DNA of 64,000 bases. Source: the human T2T-CHM13v2.0 reference genome, Homo sapiens. How positions within the stretch are numbered: position 1 is the first letter of the stretch; each line of letters opens with the position of its first letter. The stretch is taken from positions 35,264,001 through 35,328,000 of the forward strand of contig CP068257.2 of NCBI GenBank assembly GCA_009914755.4, given 5' to 3'. Below the pieces are notes generated by a model that saw nothing but the letters and a program-made list of their open reading frames with translations, was not told where the DNA came from and searched no databases. Shown here one piece after another: positions 15,380 to 31,966 of the stretch. The translations under genes were made by a program, and so were the position numbers.

Positions 15380-16360
15380 TCATGGTAGCTTTTCCTTATA
15401 ATGCCATTTTGGTAATATGAGTACTTCCTAATTCATGACCAAGAAAAGCTAGATTAACATATTCCATACATCTAAACGATTAGACAATATGATAATCATA
15501 TACTTAGTATACTTATACTATAAAATAAGCTCTTCAGAAACCAGGATCCAAGAAAATCAGTTCAGTTCATGATTATACTTCCTATCTTACATCTTACATT
15601 CTCTCATGATTTTCAAGATTCCCCTCCAGTCCAGAGTTCATAAGTAGTTCTCCAGTCCTCCGTTCATTTTACGGAAAACTTTTATCTTTTTGCCCCACAA
15701 AGAAATTCATTATCCTATTTGCAAAAACAACAACAGAAAACCCTGGGTGAAAGAAGTCACAGAACACAAAGCACTCAAATACAAGAACACTCGGTCTCAG
15801 CCTCACATCTTAGAGAATCTCCGCTTCCTCTTGTAAAGACAAGGCAAGTTGATCACCAACAAAGAAGACAATAATCTTCACAAAGGGAAAGTGGGGTACC
15901 CCAAAGCTGCTTTCTGTTTGCCCCAAATGGAGGTACAAGGAGGAGAAGGAAGGCAAAACCTAGAAGAGACGTTGTCCAATCCAGGCACAGAGCTCTCTAC
16001 TCTATCCCCAAAACCACAAGGCTGGAGGAGGTTCCCCCACGCCAGACCTTAGAGGTCCCAGAGGCCTTCCTCCAGGGTGGTTTATCAGGAACTGAGGGCT
16101 GAGGGAAGTCATCATCTCAAGAGGCCTGTACAAAACTTACTAAGATCTCAGTAAACACAGATCCAGGCTCTTAGGCCATCCTCCTGCAAACACCAGGCCC
16201 TTTACGTCCCAAAGCTCCCTGTGGCTACAGAGTAGTGGCATCAGAGATGAAACTTAATTCAACTAATTTCAATTGATCAACCTTTAAAACTCACATCTAG
16301 TTTGCAGATAATACAGAGGAGAAGAGAACGAGTCAAATGACTTCAGAAGAAAGCATTCAG

Positions 16361-16681
<321 letters not shown>

Positions 16682-16975
16682 TCAGAAGAAATCCAGGGGA
16701 TAAAACATTTTACAGAACAGCCGGGCTGGAATCTTCAACTAGTCAATGTCACGGTGGAGATGGGGTGGGGACACAGAGGTGGAGAGGGAGACCCCGTCTA
16801 GATTAGAAGGGGCTTAAAAGACATAATGAAACACAATGGGTGGTTCTTTATTGGATCCCAACTTGAACAAACTAGCTGGAAAGGACAATTAGGAAATCTG
16901 AATGTGAACAGTATGCATTAGACAGCAAACTGGAATTACTGTCAGTTTTAATAGGTGTGACAAGGGTACTGTGGG

Positions 16976-17268
16976 GGCCAGGCGCAGTGGCTCACACCTG
17001 TAATCCCAGCACTTTGGGAGGCTGAGGCAGGCGAATTGCTTGAGCTCAAGAGTCTGAGACCAGCCTGGGCAACATGGTGAAACCCTGTCTCTCCTAAAAA
17101 TACAAAAATTAGCCGGGCATGGTGGCGTGCAACTGTAGTCCCAGATACTCAGGTGGCAGCGGTGGAAAGATTGCTTGAGCCCAAGAAGCAGAGGCTGCAG
17201 TGAGCCAAGATGGCGCCACTGCACTCCAGCCTGAGTGACAGAACCAAACCCTGTCTCAAGAAAAAAAG
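16976..17268 (+). mobile_element. Alu with target-site duplication gtactgtgg
   Basis: ggccaggcgcagtggctcacacctgtaatccc...ctgtctcaagaaaaaaagg; gtactgtgg flanks both ends. Confidence 0.9.
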
Positions 17269-17538
17269 GAAGTACTGTGGTGACATAGGAAAAGTCCTTA
17301 ATTTTTAAAAATGTATATACGTCATGAAATCTGTAAAATTTACCCCCAAAATACATAAAGTAAGGCAAAATGTTGATAATTATTCAACTATGTTGATAAT
17401 TATTAAATCTAGATGATGGGTATTTGGGGTATGTGTTACAGTATTCTCTCTATTCTTTTCCATGTTTGAGAACTGTCATAATTAAGAGTAAAAAAAAGTG
17501 GTGAAATAAACATAAGCTATTTAAAAATAATAAATTCA

Positions 17539-17882
<344 letters not shown>

Positions 17883-18005
17883 TCAACAAATGTTACGGGA
17901 TATCTCCCATATGGCAGGCAGTCTCACAGGCTCTGAGGACGGAGCAATGATCAAAGGGGTCAAAATTCCTGTCTTTGGAGGGTTAATGCTATAATGTGGG
18001 AGTCA

Positions 18006-18372
<367 letters not shown>

Positions 18373-19174
18373 TTAGAGAGTAACACGTACAAAGGAGGGA
18401 CAAGAAAGCACAGAAGAGAGGGAGGCCACTTCAGACCAGACAGATGGAGGACCTGCTAAGAAGGCAACGCTTAAGGAAAGGCCTGGAGCAAGTGAAGGAG
18501 GATGCTGGGACAAAATCCACAGAACTATGTTTTTATATTTATTTATAAAGGGATTCCAGCAAGTGCAGAGGCTCCCGGAGCAGGGAAAGAGCCTGATCAG
18601 GGCACAGCATTTGAGCAGAGTGAGCCTGGGCAGAAGGTGGAGTGCCGGGGCCAGAAAGGCAGAGGGGGTGGTGAGAGCCACCGTCCACATCGCGGAGGGC
18701 CTCAAAGGCCACAGTAAGGACGGGGCTTTCACTCGAGGAGCAACAGGGAGCCCCAGAAGGTTCTGGGGAAGGTCGTGGGATGTCCTACCTCTGTTGGAGC
18801 AGGATCACCCCACTCTGACTCCTGTGTTGAGAAGAGCCTGAAGGGGAACAAACAAGCAGAGAAACTAGTTATAAAGTCACCTAAATGAGCTAGGAGTGAG
18901 ACTACTGCCTGGACCAGCATGCAGCAGACATGGTGAGAAAGGATAGGATTCACAGTAGACTCTGAAGTACAGGCTACAAGATTTGCTAACAAGTCATATC
19001 TGAGATGTTAGAGAAAACAGGGGCTCAAAAAAGAGCCCAAGATTTCTGGCCTAAACATCTGGAAGGACAGATCTGCTGCTGGAAATACTATAGGAAGAGC
19101 AGGTTTGGAGAGGAAGAGGCAGGAGGTGAGCCCTGGGTGTGCTAAGCTTGAGATATCTATTAAAAATCCCACGG

Positions 19175-19562
<388 letters not shown>

Positions 19563-21978
19563 CTATGGGTGATCATTTAAAGCCAAGAAAGAGGATAAGA
19601 TCCATGAAAAGAGTGACTGTAGTTAAAAAGAGGATGCAAAGTAGGGCTGCTGTCACAAAGGACTACAAACCGGGTGGCTTGAGATGCCAGAAATCTATTC
19701 TTACAGTTTTGGAGGACAGAAGTCAAAAATGAACACGTCAACGGGGCCGTGCCTCCTGGGAAGGCTCTGGGGAAACTAGTGTTCACGCCTTTGCTTCTGG
19801 TGCCGCTGGCACTCCATGGTGCCCCTCGGCTTGTACACACATCACCCCCATCTCTGTGGCCATCATCACATGGCGTTCTCCTCTTTAAGTGTCCCGATTC
19901 TGTGTGTCCTCTAGTCTTCTGAGGACAGCAGTCGTACTGGATTAGGGATCCACCCTAATGACCTCATCTTCACTTGATTACATCTGCAAAGACCCAGCTT
20001 CCAAATAAGGTCATATTCACAGGCTCCAGGGCTGGGGCTTTCACATATCTTTTTGGGGGACACAACTCAACCAACAATAGCAGTCCATGCTTAGGTTTCA
20101 GGGAGATCAAAAAGAGTGTGCAAAAGAGATTGAGAAAGGGAGAGAAAAATCAAGTGTGTCTGTGGACAGCAGTGGGGGGCGGTGGTTGCGGGAGTCTCCT
20201 GACTCCAGTTTGGAAGGTTGGAAGACGATGACAGTGCCGTGGGGAGAGGGCTGAGAAGTCACCGCTGGCCTTGGTGCCACAGAGCCCAGACTCTGATGAG
20301 AGCAGTTTGAGAGGCGTGATGGAGGCCAAAGTCAGATGGGAGTAGTGAAAAGAGAAAAACTGCAGACTCCAGGATAAAACTCTGGCAAAGGGTCTCCTTT
20401 AAAGGGTAGAGAGGAATGGGGCAGTGGCTAGAGGGAGGAATGGGGTGAAAGCAGGTTTTGTTTGGTTTAGAGGGGAGAAACAGCAGCATTTTCAGATTGA
20501 TGTGAAAGGTCCCCTAGAGAAAAGAATCCAAAGGGCCAAGTGGGGTGGGACCTAGCACAGAAGCAGAAAGGTCAGCCTTGGGAGCAGAGACAGCTCACCC
20601 ATAGGGATGGGGGTGGCTCAGGTTCCCCTCTGCGGACACCTGGTCTTATGACCCCACTGGCTGCAGAACTCCCTTGGCCCTTGCCGGTTGCACAGCCATA
20701 CGGGACAGCCTGGTAACTGAAATTCGCTGCTCCCACCCTGCTCCACAGCTGCAGGGAGGTGGGAATCCTGGTGCTGGCAGCCGGTAGAAGTCATCTTATG
20801 ATTGCTTCTATGTTCTCAATAAATAGGAAGCAAGATCATCGGCTAAGAGAGAAAAGAAGGAAGGAGGTGTTGAAGTTTGGGGAGGGAGGAACGAACATGA
20901 CAACAGGGAGAATGAGAAGACGAATGCAGTGGGGAGAATCTTCTGAGCAGCGCCTTCCCCAGGGCAGCTGGAAGCATTTGAGCACCACGGAAGGTCAGCG
21001 ACTCTGAACTGAGAGTGAGAAGTCCGCATGATTTTGTGTTTTTATCCTGCCACAGTCAGCTATCCAGCCATGTGGGCTTAGCAGAGAGGAGGCAGTGAGC
21101 TGAAGGTGTACAGAAAGCAGTAACTGAGACTAACCGACCACAAATGAGACACTGCTGGAGACAGGAAGATAAATATGAGTGATCCTGTTGGGGAGGAGAG
21201 TGAGAGGAATGCCCCAGGACCAAAAAGCTTAGGTCAGCACCAGAGAGAGCTCCCAGAGAAGGCATGCAAAATAAGGGGTGATCCTGCTTGCAAAGAAACC
21301 AGAAAAGTTGTTGGAAGAGGTCAAGCTCAAATGAGCTACCAAAAGCTACATTTGGGTCCTATCACAGTACTAATTTTCGGTTTTCGGACTACAGAATACC
21401 AAGATATATTTCAAATGGATTATTCCCTGTTCATCATTCTTTCCTTGGTATATACTCTATTGGAAGAAGAAGAAGAAATGAATAAATAACATACAAAGGT
21501 GATCCCCAAACCTCAAATCTGGCCATTAGTTATAACCAACTCTGCCCCTAAAACTTTGGTCAATGCCCTTAAAGCATAAAATGCACAGATCTGAATTTCC
21601 ATCACTTTCCCCAGGGCAGCTGGATGTCACCAGGTCACCACACAGGCTAGAGATACATATAGGTGAATTAGGTTAAATCACAAAAACAGAAAGATAAAAC
21701 TATTATTTAACTCAAGCAGAGAGCTAAGAGGTTATTCATCAGATGATGGTAATACAAATATCCCATTCAAAGTCAATGAAAACCAGGATAAAATGAAAAA
21801 GAAACAACCAGCACTAAGTAGAACTTTCAGAACAGGAATAATGCAGGAATTATCCTCTAAAGTGAATCATCCAGATTGACTATGGTATACATCATTCATT
21901 TAAGAAACATGTATGGAGTACCCACGGTGTCTCAAACACAGTACCATGGTAGAAAGAGAAGAGGAAGGACAGATATTG

Positions 21979-22348
21979 CTATAGTTTGAATCTGTCCTCC
22001 AAATTTCATGTGTTGGAAACATAATCCCCCAATTATATGTTGATGGTACTTGGAGGTGGGGCCTTTGGGAAGAAATTGAGATTGAATGGGGTCATCAGGG
22101 TAGGGCACCTATGGTGGGATTGGTGGCTTTATAAGAAGAGAAAGAAAGACCTAAGCTGGCACACTCCTGCCCTCTCACCATGTGATTCCCTTCCCATGTT
22201 ATAATGCAGCAAGAAGGCCCTCACTAGATGCTGGCACCACACTCTTGGATTTTCCAGTCTCCAGAACCAAGAGCTAAATAAACGTCTATTCTTTCTAAAT
22301 TGCCCAATCTCAGGTATTCTGTTATAGCAACAGAAAACGGACTAAGAG
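21979..22348 (+). mobile_element. Diverged MaLR LTR (MLT1-like)
   Basis: ctatagtttgaatctgtcctccaaatttcatgtgttggaaacataatcccccaatt...gggcctttgggaag...cagtctccagaaccaagagctaaataaacgtctattctttctaaattgcccaatctcaggtattctgttatagcaacagaaaacggactaagaga. Confidence 0.55.
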
Positions 22349-23953
22349 AGATGCATACACATAACTACAAGACAAAAATTCACTCAAACTATTCAAACAT
22401 ACACTTCTCTTTGGCAAAGTAAGTCAACCTGACTTGCCAAATTTAATCATCTATTCTTATGTGCATGCAAGTTGAGAGCCATATTCTCAAGAAATTACAT
22501 CATCATTGTTATGTCTACTAATTACTAAAGTAACAATCTAAATTATTTGTTTTTGAAAGCAATACTTAGACACGTACAAATCTGCAAAATAAAACTGATA
22601 AAAGCAAGGCATGCAGGTTTTTTTCTTATACTTATTTTACATAATCTTTCAGGGCTTACTCAGAACCAAGTGAATTACTCAGAACAAAGAGAATCTAAAA
22701 GGTATCAAATGAAACCAGGGCCCTCTTATGAAACATAACTATATACCACCCATAATTCTCTTAAATATTTATATTCACTATAGTCAAATACATTTTAAGT
22801 ACCATAGGAAGCATTTAGCCTCCCCCAAAACTTTCTCCCCGCTCCACCATTAACCCTGGACAACATAAAAATTCTGAATAAAATTCTGGTTGTAAGAAAT
22901 ACCAAAATTACTATCTGTTTGATATAAATCTGCCTGGCATGTCTTCTCAAATGCACTCAAATTATGATTATGACTTGAGAGTTGCATATACAGCTGCTAA
23001 TAATACATGTAGGGAAAAGGAATTAATTCATGACTCTTGCCTAAACTCTCCTAATGACCATGCAATGTAAAAATGTTACTGAAGAAAAAAGGTTTGGATC
23101 ATAGACATCAAGACAAGTGGGCTGACATATAAGTAGCACTACCCACTCTGCAATACGCAAATGCACCTATTTCTTTGAACTCAACTATCAGAGGATAGCT
23201 AAAACGTCACTTCTATAGGGAGGATGTCTCTGACCCACAGCCGTTCACAAACTTTCGTAAACCCTTAGTTACTTTATAGCACTTATCACGACTATACATA
23301 ATTTGTATAAGTGCTTATTCAATGCCACACTGTCTTATTAGAATATAAGTTCCATAAAGATAATATACATATGTTCCTGTTTTGCTCCCAACGGTATCCA
23401 TGGAACCTAGGACAAAAGTGCATGCTTAATAAGCATTTACTGTATAAATGCACATTAAAACCTTACCAAGGAAAACTCTCCAAATAACAGATAGATAGGT
23501 AATCAAGAGGTAAAACTCAAAAAAGACAATGAGAGAGTATGGTCTTGAGATGGCTACGTAAGCATCAAAAATAATGCACAGTCTTTGAAATCATTACAGC
23601 TAGTTCTATTGACAACAAACAACCACTATCAGATTCCACTTCAAGGGGGTTTATAAAATTCTAATTAATGTTATTTTTCTAACATTTAATCTTCAAGAAT
23701 TTAGTATTTCTCTTCTTCTAGGATTTCAGGTTAATTAAATATGATTTGGGTGGAACCAACAGCTGAATGCTTTATAGTCACATAAATGTGGCCCTTTTAA
23801 ATCAGCCACAGCACCAGTCATTCTCAAGAAAGGTGAATATATTCTTTGTCTTTTATTGGGTCATGTTGCACAGGACATGAAAATCCAAAGGAATCTTAAA
23901 AAAAAAAATAGAACTAATAAGTGAGTTTAGCAAGGTTGTGGGATACAAGGTCA

Positions 23954-24335
<382 letters not shown>

Positions 24336-24402
24336 TTAATGGCATCAATAGATCTGAAATATTTAGGGACATATTTAACAAAATATGTGCCAGACCTGTT
24401 TA

Positions 24403-24745
<343 letters not shown>

Positions 24746-25107
24746 ATTAAAGAGGCTGTAAATAACTGAAAAGATACACCATGTTCATGGATCAGAAGAC
24801 TAACACTGTTAAGATGTCAATTCTTCAAATTAATCTATGGGTTCAATGTAATCCCAGTCAAAATCCCAGAAGGCTTTTTTTTTTTTTTTTTGTAGAAATT
24901 AACAAGCTGAAAATAGAAACTATTTTAAATGGTCAAAACAATTTTGGGAAGGAACAAAAAGTTGGAAAACCTACATTATCTGCTTTCAAGACTTACTATA
25001 AAGTTGCAGTATATCAAGACGGTGTGGTATTGGCACACAGAGATAGGTATAGATTACTGGCACAGAATAGGGTACAGAAATAGGGCCAAACATATAAGTG
25101 TGATTGA

Positions 25108-25227
25108 TTTTTTTTAATTTTTTTGAGACAGCGTCTTGCGCTACCACCCAGTGGGGAGTGCAGTGGTGTGATTACAGCTCACTGCAGCCTCAAATTCCTG
25201 AGCTCAAGCCAACCTCCCACCTTGGCC
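25108..25227 (-). mobile_element. Partial Alu (reverse) nested in L1; target-site duplication gattgattttt
   Basis: tttttttaatttttttgagacagcgtcttgcgctaccacccagtggggagtgcagtggtgtgattacagctcactgcagcctcaaattcctgagctcaagccaacctcccaccttggcc; gattgattttt on both flanks. Confidence 0.8.
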
Positions 25228-25570
25228 TGTTTGATTGATTTTTGACAACAGTGCCCAAGATAACTGACTTGAAAAATGATAATCTTTGCAATACATGGTG
25301 CTGAAACAAACATTCATATGCAAGAATATGAAACCTTGATCTCTATCTCACATGTATATAAAAATTAACTTGAAATAAATCATAGACCTAAATGTAAAAC
25401 TACAAACCTTCTAAAATAAAATACAGGAGAAAACCTTTCTGACTTTGGGTAGGTAAAGTTTTTTTCAGATGGAACAAAATAAGCATGAACCATAAAAGGA
25501 AAAAAGTGATAAGCTGGACTTTATAAAAATTAAGAATATTAACAACTGCTGTTCTTGAAGAGATAATGCT

Positions 25571-25870
25571 GGCCAGACATGGTAGCCCACACCTGTAATC
25601 CCAGAACTTTGGGAGGCTGAGGTGGGTGGATCACCTGAGGTCAGCAGTTTGAGACCAGCCTGGCCAACATGGTGAAACCCCATCTCTACTAAAAATACAA
25701 AAATTAGCCAGGCATGGTGGCATGAACCTGTAATCCCAGCTACTTAGGAGGCTGAGGCAGCAGAATTGCTTCAACCCAGGAGGCGGAGGTTGCAGTAAGT
25801 TGAGATCATGCGCACTCCAGCCTGGGCGACAGAGCGAGACTCCATCTCAAAAAAAAAGAGAGAGAAAGGG
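25571..25870 (+). mobile_element. Alu nested in L1; target-site duplication agataatgct; tail followed by (GA)n
   Basis: ggccagacatggtagcccacacctgtaatcccagaactttgggaggctgaggtgggtggatcacctgaggtcagcagtttgagacc...; agataatgct at 25561-25570 and again after the tail. Confidence 0.9.
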
Positions 25871-26184
25871 AAAGAGAGATAATGCTAAGAACAGTGAAAA
25901 GACAAACAACAAACTGGGAGAAATTATTCTCAATACTTATATCAGACAAAGGACTTGTATCCGGAATATAAAAAAGAAGTCTTAAAATTGTAAGAAAACA
26001 AACAATTCAACTTAAAGCCTGAGCAAAAGAGCTGAATAGACACTGCCCAAAAGAAAATATCGGATCGCCAATAAGCACATGAAGAAATGCTTGGCACCAT
26101 TTGGCAACAGGAAAATGCAAATTAAAACCACAATTAGATACCACTATACATCCACCTGAATGGTTAAAATTAAAAAACTATTTT

Positions 26185-26293
26185 AAGCCCAGGAATTTGG
26201 GCCTGCAATGAGCTGTGAGCACACCACTGCATTCTAGCCTGAACAACAGAGCAAGACCCTGTCTCCAAAAAAAAAGAAAAAGAAAAAAAAAAA
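26185..26293 (+). mobile_element. Partial Alu (right-monomer 3' part) nested in L1
   Basis: aagcccaggaatttgggcctgcaatgagctgtgagcacaccactgcattctagcctgaacaacagagcaagaccctgtctccaaaaaaaaagaaaaagaaaaaaaaaaa. Confidence 0.75.
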
Positions 26294-26300
26294 CATTCTG

Positions 26301-26603
26301 GCCGGCCACAGTGGCTCATATCTGTAATCCCAGCATTCTGGGAGGCTGAGGCAAGAGGATTGCTTGAGCCCAGGAATCTGAGACCAGCCTAAGCAACACA
26401 GTGACACCCAGTCTCTACAAAAAATAAAAAAACAAAACTAGTCAAGAGTGGTCGTACACACCTATATCCCAGCTATTCAGGAGGTTGAGGTGGCAGGATC
26501 ACTTGAGCCCAGGAATTCAAGGCTGCAGTGAGCCATGACTGTGCCACTGCACTGACAGCCTGGGCAACAGAGCAAGATCCTGTCTCTTAAAAAAAAAAAA
26601 AAA
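26301..26603 (+). mobile_element. Alu nested in L1
   Basis: ggccggccacagtggctcatatctgtaatcccagcattctgggaggctgaggcaagaggattgcttgagcccaggaatctgagaccagcctaagcaacacagtgacacc...gcaagatcctgtctcttaaaaaaaaaaaaaaa. Confidence 0.88.
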
Positions 26604-27118
26604 GAATCTGACACTTTACAATGGTTGGCAAAGATGTGGAGTAACTAGAACTCTCATGCCCTACTGGTGGGAATGTAAAATGGTACAATGGTTTTGAAAA
26701 ACAGTTGGCAGTTTCTTGTAAAGTTAAACACACACTTCTCATATGACCGAGAAATTCTACTCCTAGGTATTTACCCAAAAGAAATGAAAACACATGTCCA
26801 CACAAAGACCTGTATGTGGATGTTCATAGCAGCTTTACTCAAAACAGCCATAAATGACAGCATATCCATACAATGGAATACTACTCAGGAATAAAAAGTA
26901 ATGGGCTACCCACACATGCAATAAGGACAAGTCTCAAAAACATAACACTGATCAAAAAAAAGAAGGGTATCCAGTACACTATATGATTCCACTTAGATGA
27001 CGTTTCAGAAAAGGCCAATCTAATCATCTAGTGATAGACAGTATATCAGTGATCTCCTGAGGCTCCAGGCTTAGGGGTGGATGAGCGCATGAGAACTGAT
27101 TAAGAAAAGTAACAAAGG

Positions 27119-27403
27119 CAGTGGCTCACGCCTGTAATCCTAGCACTTTGGGAGGCTGAGGCGGGCGGATCACAAGGTCAGGAGATCGAGACCATCCTGG
27201 CTAACACGGTGAAACTCCACCTCTACCAAAAAAAGACAAAAAATTAGCCGGGCGTGGTGGCAGGTGCCTGTAGTCCCAGCTACTGAGGGAGACTGAGGCA
27301 GCAGAATGGCATGAACCTCGGAAGCGGAGTTTGCAGTGAGCCTAGATCGCGCCACTGCACTCCAGCCTGGGCAACAGAGCGAGACTCCATCTCAAAAAAA
27401 AGA
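27119..27403 (+). mobile_element. Alu (S/Y, 5' end lacks ~8 nt) nested in L1; target-site duplication aaagtaacaaagg
   Basis: gcagtggctcacgcctgtaatcctagcactttgggaggctgaggcgggcggatcacaaggtcaggagatcgagaccatcctggctaacacggtgaaactcc...; flanks aaaagtaacaaagg and aaaggtaacaaagg. Confidence 0.9.
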
Positions 27404-27804
27404 AAGGTAACAAAGGAATCTTTCGGAATACTGGAAATGTTCTGTGTCTTGATTGTAAAGGTAGTTACATGTAAAACATTTATCAAACTGTACACTAAAA
27501 TGGGTGCATTTTCTTGAATATAAATCATAACTAAATAAAGTTGATTTTTTAAAAAAGCAAACAGCAACAAACCTATGCAACATTAAACAATACTAAGGCC
27601 CAGGAGACTCCATATTCACTAACGTCCAAATAACACCAATATCTCCACTTCTAAAGAGAGTGAATGCTTGAATCTGTATCTAGTGCAAATTCACAGAAGT
27701 GACTACTCTATGGTGGGTAAACATATTGCAGCATCTGCTACAGACAGAGTGCAATTAAGATCAGAAACCCATGTTATACTGTGTCTCGCCACTTTATTTA
27801 TTGA

Positions 27805-27944
27805 TTGGAGGCAGCGTCTTGCTTTGTTGCCCAGGCTGGAGTGCAATGACGTGATCATAGATCACTGTAACCTTGAACTCCTGGGCTCAAGCAATCCTCC
27901 CACCTCAGACTCCCAAAGTGCTGGGTTTACAGGTGTGGGCCACA
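27805..27944 (-). mobile_element. Partial Alu (reverse)
   Basis: ggaggcagcgtcttgctttgttgcccaggctggagtgcaatgacgtgatcatagatcactgtaaccttgaactcctgggctcaagcaatcctcccacctcagactcccaaagtgctgggtttacaggtgtgggccac. Confidence 0.75.
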
Positions 27945-28443
27945 TCACTTTAGAGCGGTTCCACCCCTGTTACTTGTCTTATCTGCTAAATTTACCCAGC
28001 TAACAAGATTCAGTGTTGAATTCAAAATATTTCTTATGATCTCCATGTATGTTTTGGAGCTTCTTTTCCCAAGAAACACCAAATAATTGATCTTAACCCA
28101 TAAAGGTTTTCTATCTCAGAGACACATTTGCCTCATTGCAAATAATAAGATTAGTTGTGCTTCAGTCATAACATCGTAAGTTGCTAGGCAGCCAGAAGTG
28201 AGTTAATCAGAAAATGAATCATCAAAGACATGGTACGCAATCTCCTTTTATGGGTGTCTCATTCTTAAAACACTTTCAAGGAAGCAGAAGCAAATATTTG
28301 TCTACTCGTATGGAATTTATATGACGCAATCCAATTCTTACTATTGGTATTTGACACGCAAAATACTCACACGCAATTTCATGTTCGCTTGGTGTCTTCA
28401 CTCACAGGACAAAGCCAGATGGCACAGCAAATCTTTATAATCA

Positions 28444-28798
<355 letters not shown>

Positions 28799-29659
28799 CT
28801 AAGGCAGGGATTGATCATCTGACAACCCTTGGGGTGGGCGTTTATTCAGCGTGCCAGTACCAAGCAAAGCAAGGCTCCATGCAGGTTTGCGAAATGCCTG
28901 TCTGGGTGTCTGCGTGTGTGCACCTCCTCACCAGCCTGGTCCCTTATGCGGCAGCTTCTGTCTAGCCACACTGGTCCCCTGTGGTCTAACCAACCCCTGC
29001 CTGACCTGTCCAGGTTCCACGCTGCACGGCACTGCACCCTGGCATGAGTTCCCAAAACTGCTGCTTCCTGCTTCCCACCCTGTGTTCTGCCACTAGCCCC
29101 AAGCACCGGCACACAAAAGCGAACGGCTCTGAAGGGCTTCCACCTTCCAGTGGCTTACTTTGCTGAAACCAGTCCATTTTCACAAACATCCAGGCTGACC
29201 GTCACTTAGGGACACCCTCGGGCCAAAATGAATCTGGAGATGTGGTTTATTTAGCCCACATTTTGAACCAGCTGCAACACTTAAAAATTGAGATATTTCA
29301 TATCAAATTTCCTGCCTCTTTTGAAGCAGCAGCAACTCTTTCCACACAGCAGTAATGGGCTACAGCCAAGTAGCCACCCTCATCCCGTGGAGAACGCGCT
29401 CCAGCTGGCCCTGTGTGTCCCCAGCAGCCAGCTGCACTCTGCGCTGCCTCTCCTGCCCCCTCCCCTGGCCTCTGGGTTAGAGACCACTCGTCTCAGCCCC
29501 AGCAGCAAGCCTGGAACCCATCCAGCCATCCTTCTCTGGGGCCCTGATGATGCGTCCTTCCAGTTAGGTCCATTTTAACTCCCCAGACTGAGTCTAGTGA
29601 CACTGACTCTCAGAACAGAAGGGGACTATTTTGGTAGTTCCTCAAAAAGTTAAACAAGA

Positions 29660-30285
<626 letters not shown>

Positions 30286-31676
30286 TTAAACAGAGAATTA
30301 ATACATGATCCAGCAATTCCACTCCCAGGTATAAACCCGAAAGAACTGACAGCAGGGACCCAGATATGTGTGTGCCAATGATCATGGCAGCATTATTCAC
30401 AACAGCCAAGGCTGGAAATAACCCAGGTGTCCCTCAATAGACAAATGGATAAACAAAATGTGGCATATACAATTAAGGGGATATTATTCAGCCAAAAAAA
30501 AAAAACAAGGTATGAAGTTCTGATACATGTTATAACATGGATGGACCTTGAAAACATTACACTAAGTTAAATAAAAGCCAGACACAAAAGGACAAATATT
30601 GTATGATGTCACTTGTATGAAATATCCAGAATAGGAAAATTCATAAAAATGGAAAGTAGAACAGAGGTTACCAGGAGCCACAGGGAGAGGGGAAGGGGAA
30701 TTATTTATTCACTGTTACAGAGTTTCTATTTAGGACGCTTAAAAAAAAAGTTTTGGAAATATAGAGTGAAAATGGTTGTAAAATAGTGTGGGTGTAATTT
30801 ACACCACTGAATCGGAGACTTAAAGGTGGTTCTAACAGTAAACTTATTTTATATATATTTTATCACATTAAAGAGAGAAAGGGAGAGAGAGAAGGAGTCA
30901 GGATCTCAGTTCCTTTACTCTCACAAAGCTCCCTGTCCTCTATGCAATTAGCCACCCCCCCCAACCCCTGCCATCAATTAGCCCTGCAGACCAGGGGGAG
31001 CAAAGGGACAGCTTGCACAGGCAACCGAGGGGTCTCGCTGTGCTCTCCTCTGGGTCCCTCCTTGCTGTCCCTGAGTATCACTAAGAGAGGCCACTCAAAG
31101 GACCTCTCAGAACAAAAGTCATTTCCAAGGTGACTTTCCACCCACTTCTCCAGCTAAATGATTTTAAGTTCTGCTTAGGCACCCACTTAGCTACAACAAG
31201 AGTATGAAAGCCACCACTTTCTGCACATCCATCCACTGCCAAGCACTGCTGGGTGCTGTGGACCCAAGATCCCCAGTCCTTTCCAGGCGACACCTCTGCA
31301 TCATTAGCACCGTCCACAGCAGAAGAAATGGGACCCCAGACAGCATTAACGACTGCCCAAACCACACAGGCAGTATACCGCAGAGCTGGAATTTGAACCC
31401 ATGAAACCAAATCTGTCTGGCTCCCAAATCCTTGCTCTAATTCCTATCCCACGGTCCTCACAAAGAGACCTACCTAACCCAAAATGCAGCAAATTAGGAA
31501 ATGCCTATTTTCTATAATCAAAATGCTGATGGTATCACAAAGATATAAACTCAATATGCAACTATGAATAAACATAAAATGGATGTGTATGGCTCAGAGC
31601 TGGGGGTGGGGTAGGAGGGAGAAGGGCAGTGGGCAGGGGTGGGAGCAGAGTGTTTGATAAGAAAAACTTCAATTTG

Positions 31677-31966
31677 GCGGGGTGTGGTGGCTCACGCTGT
31701 AATCCCAGCACTTTGGGAGGCCCAGGCAGGCAGATCACCTGAGGCCAGGAGTTTGAGACCAGCCTGGCCAACATCGTGAAACTCCGTCTCTACTAAAAAT
31801 ACAAAAATTAGCAGGGCATGGTGGTGGGTGCCTGTAGTCCCAGCTACTTGGGAAGCTGAGGCAGAAGATTCACTTAAACCCAGGAAGTGAAGGTTGCAGT
31901 GAGCCGAGATGGTGGGCCACTGCAACACTCCAGCCTGGGCAACAAAGACTCCATCTTAAAAAAAAA
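31677..31966 (+). mobile_element. Alu
   Basis: ggcggggtgtggtggctcacgctgtaatcccagcactttgggaggcccaggcaggcagatcacctgaggccaggagtttgagaccagcctggccaacatcgtgaaactccgtctctactaaaaatac...ccatcttaaaaaaaaag. Confidence 0.9.

Noticed and set aside
16889-17368. 159-aa minus-strand ORF
   Set aside because: Spans Alu 16976-17268. Alu-derived peptide motifs ([20 protein letters not shown]).
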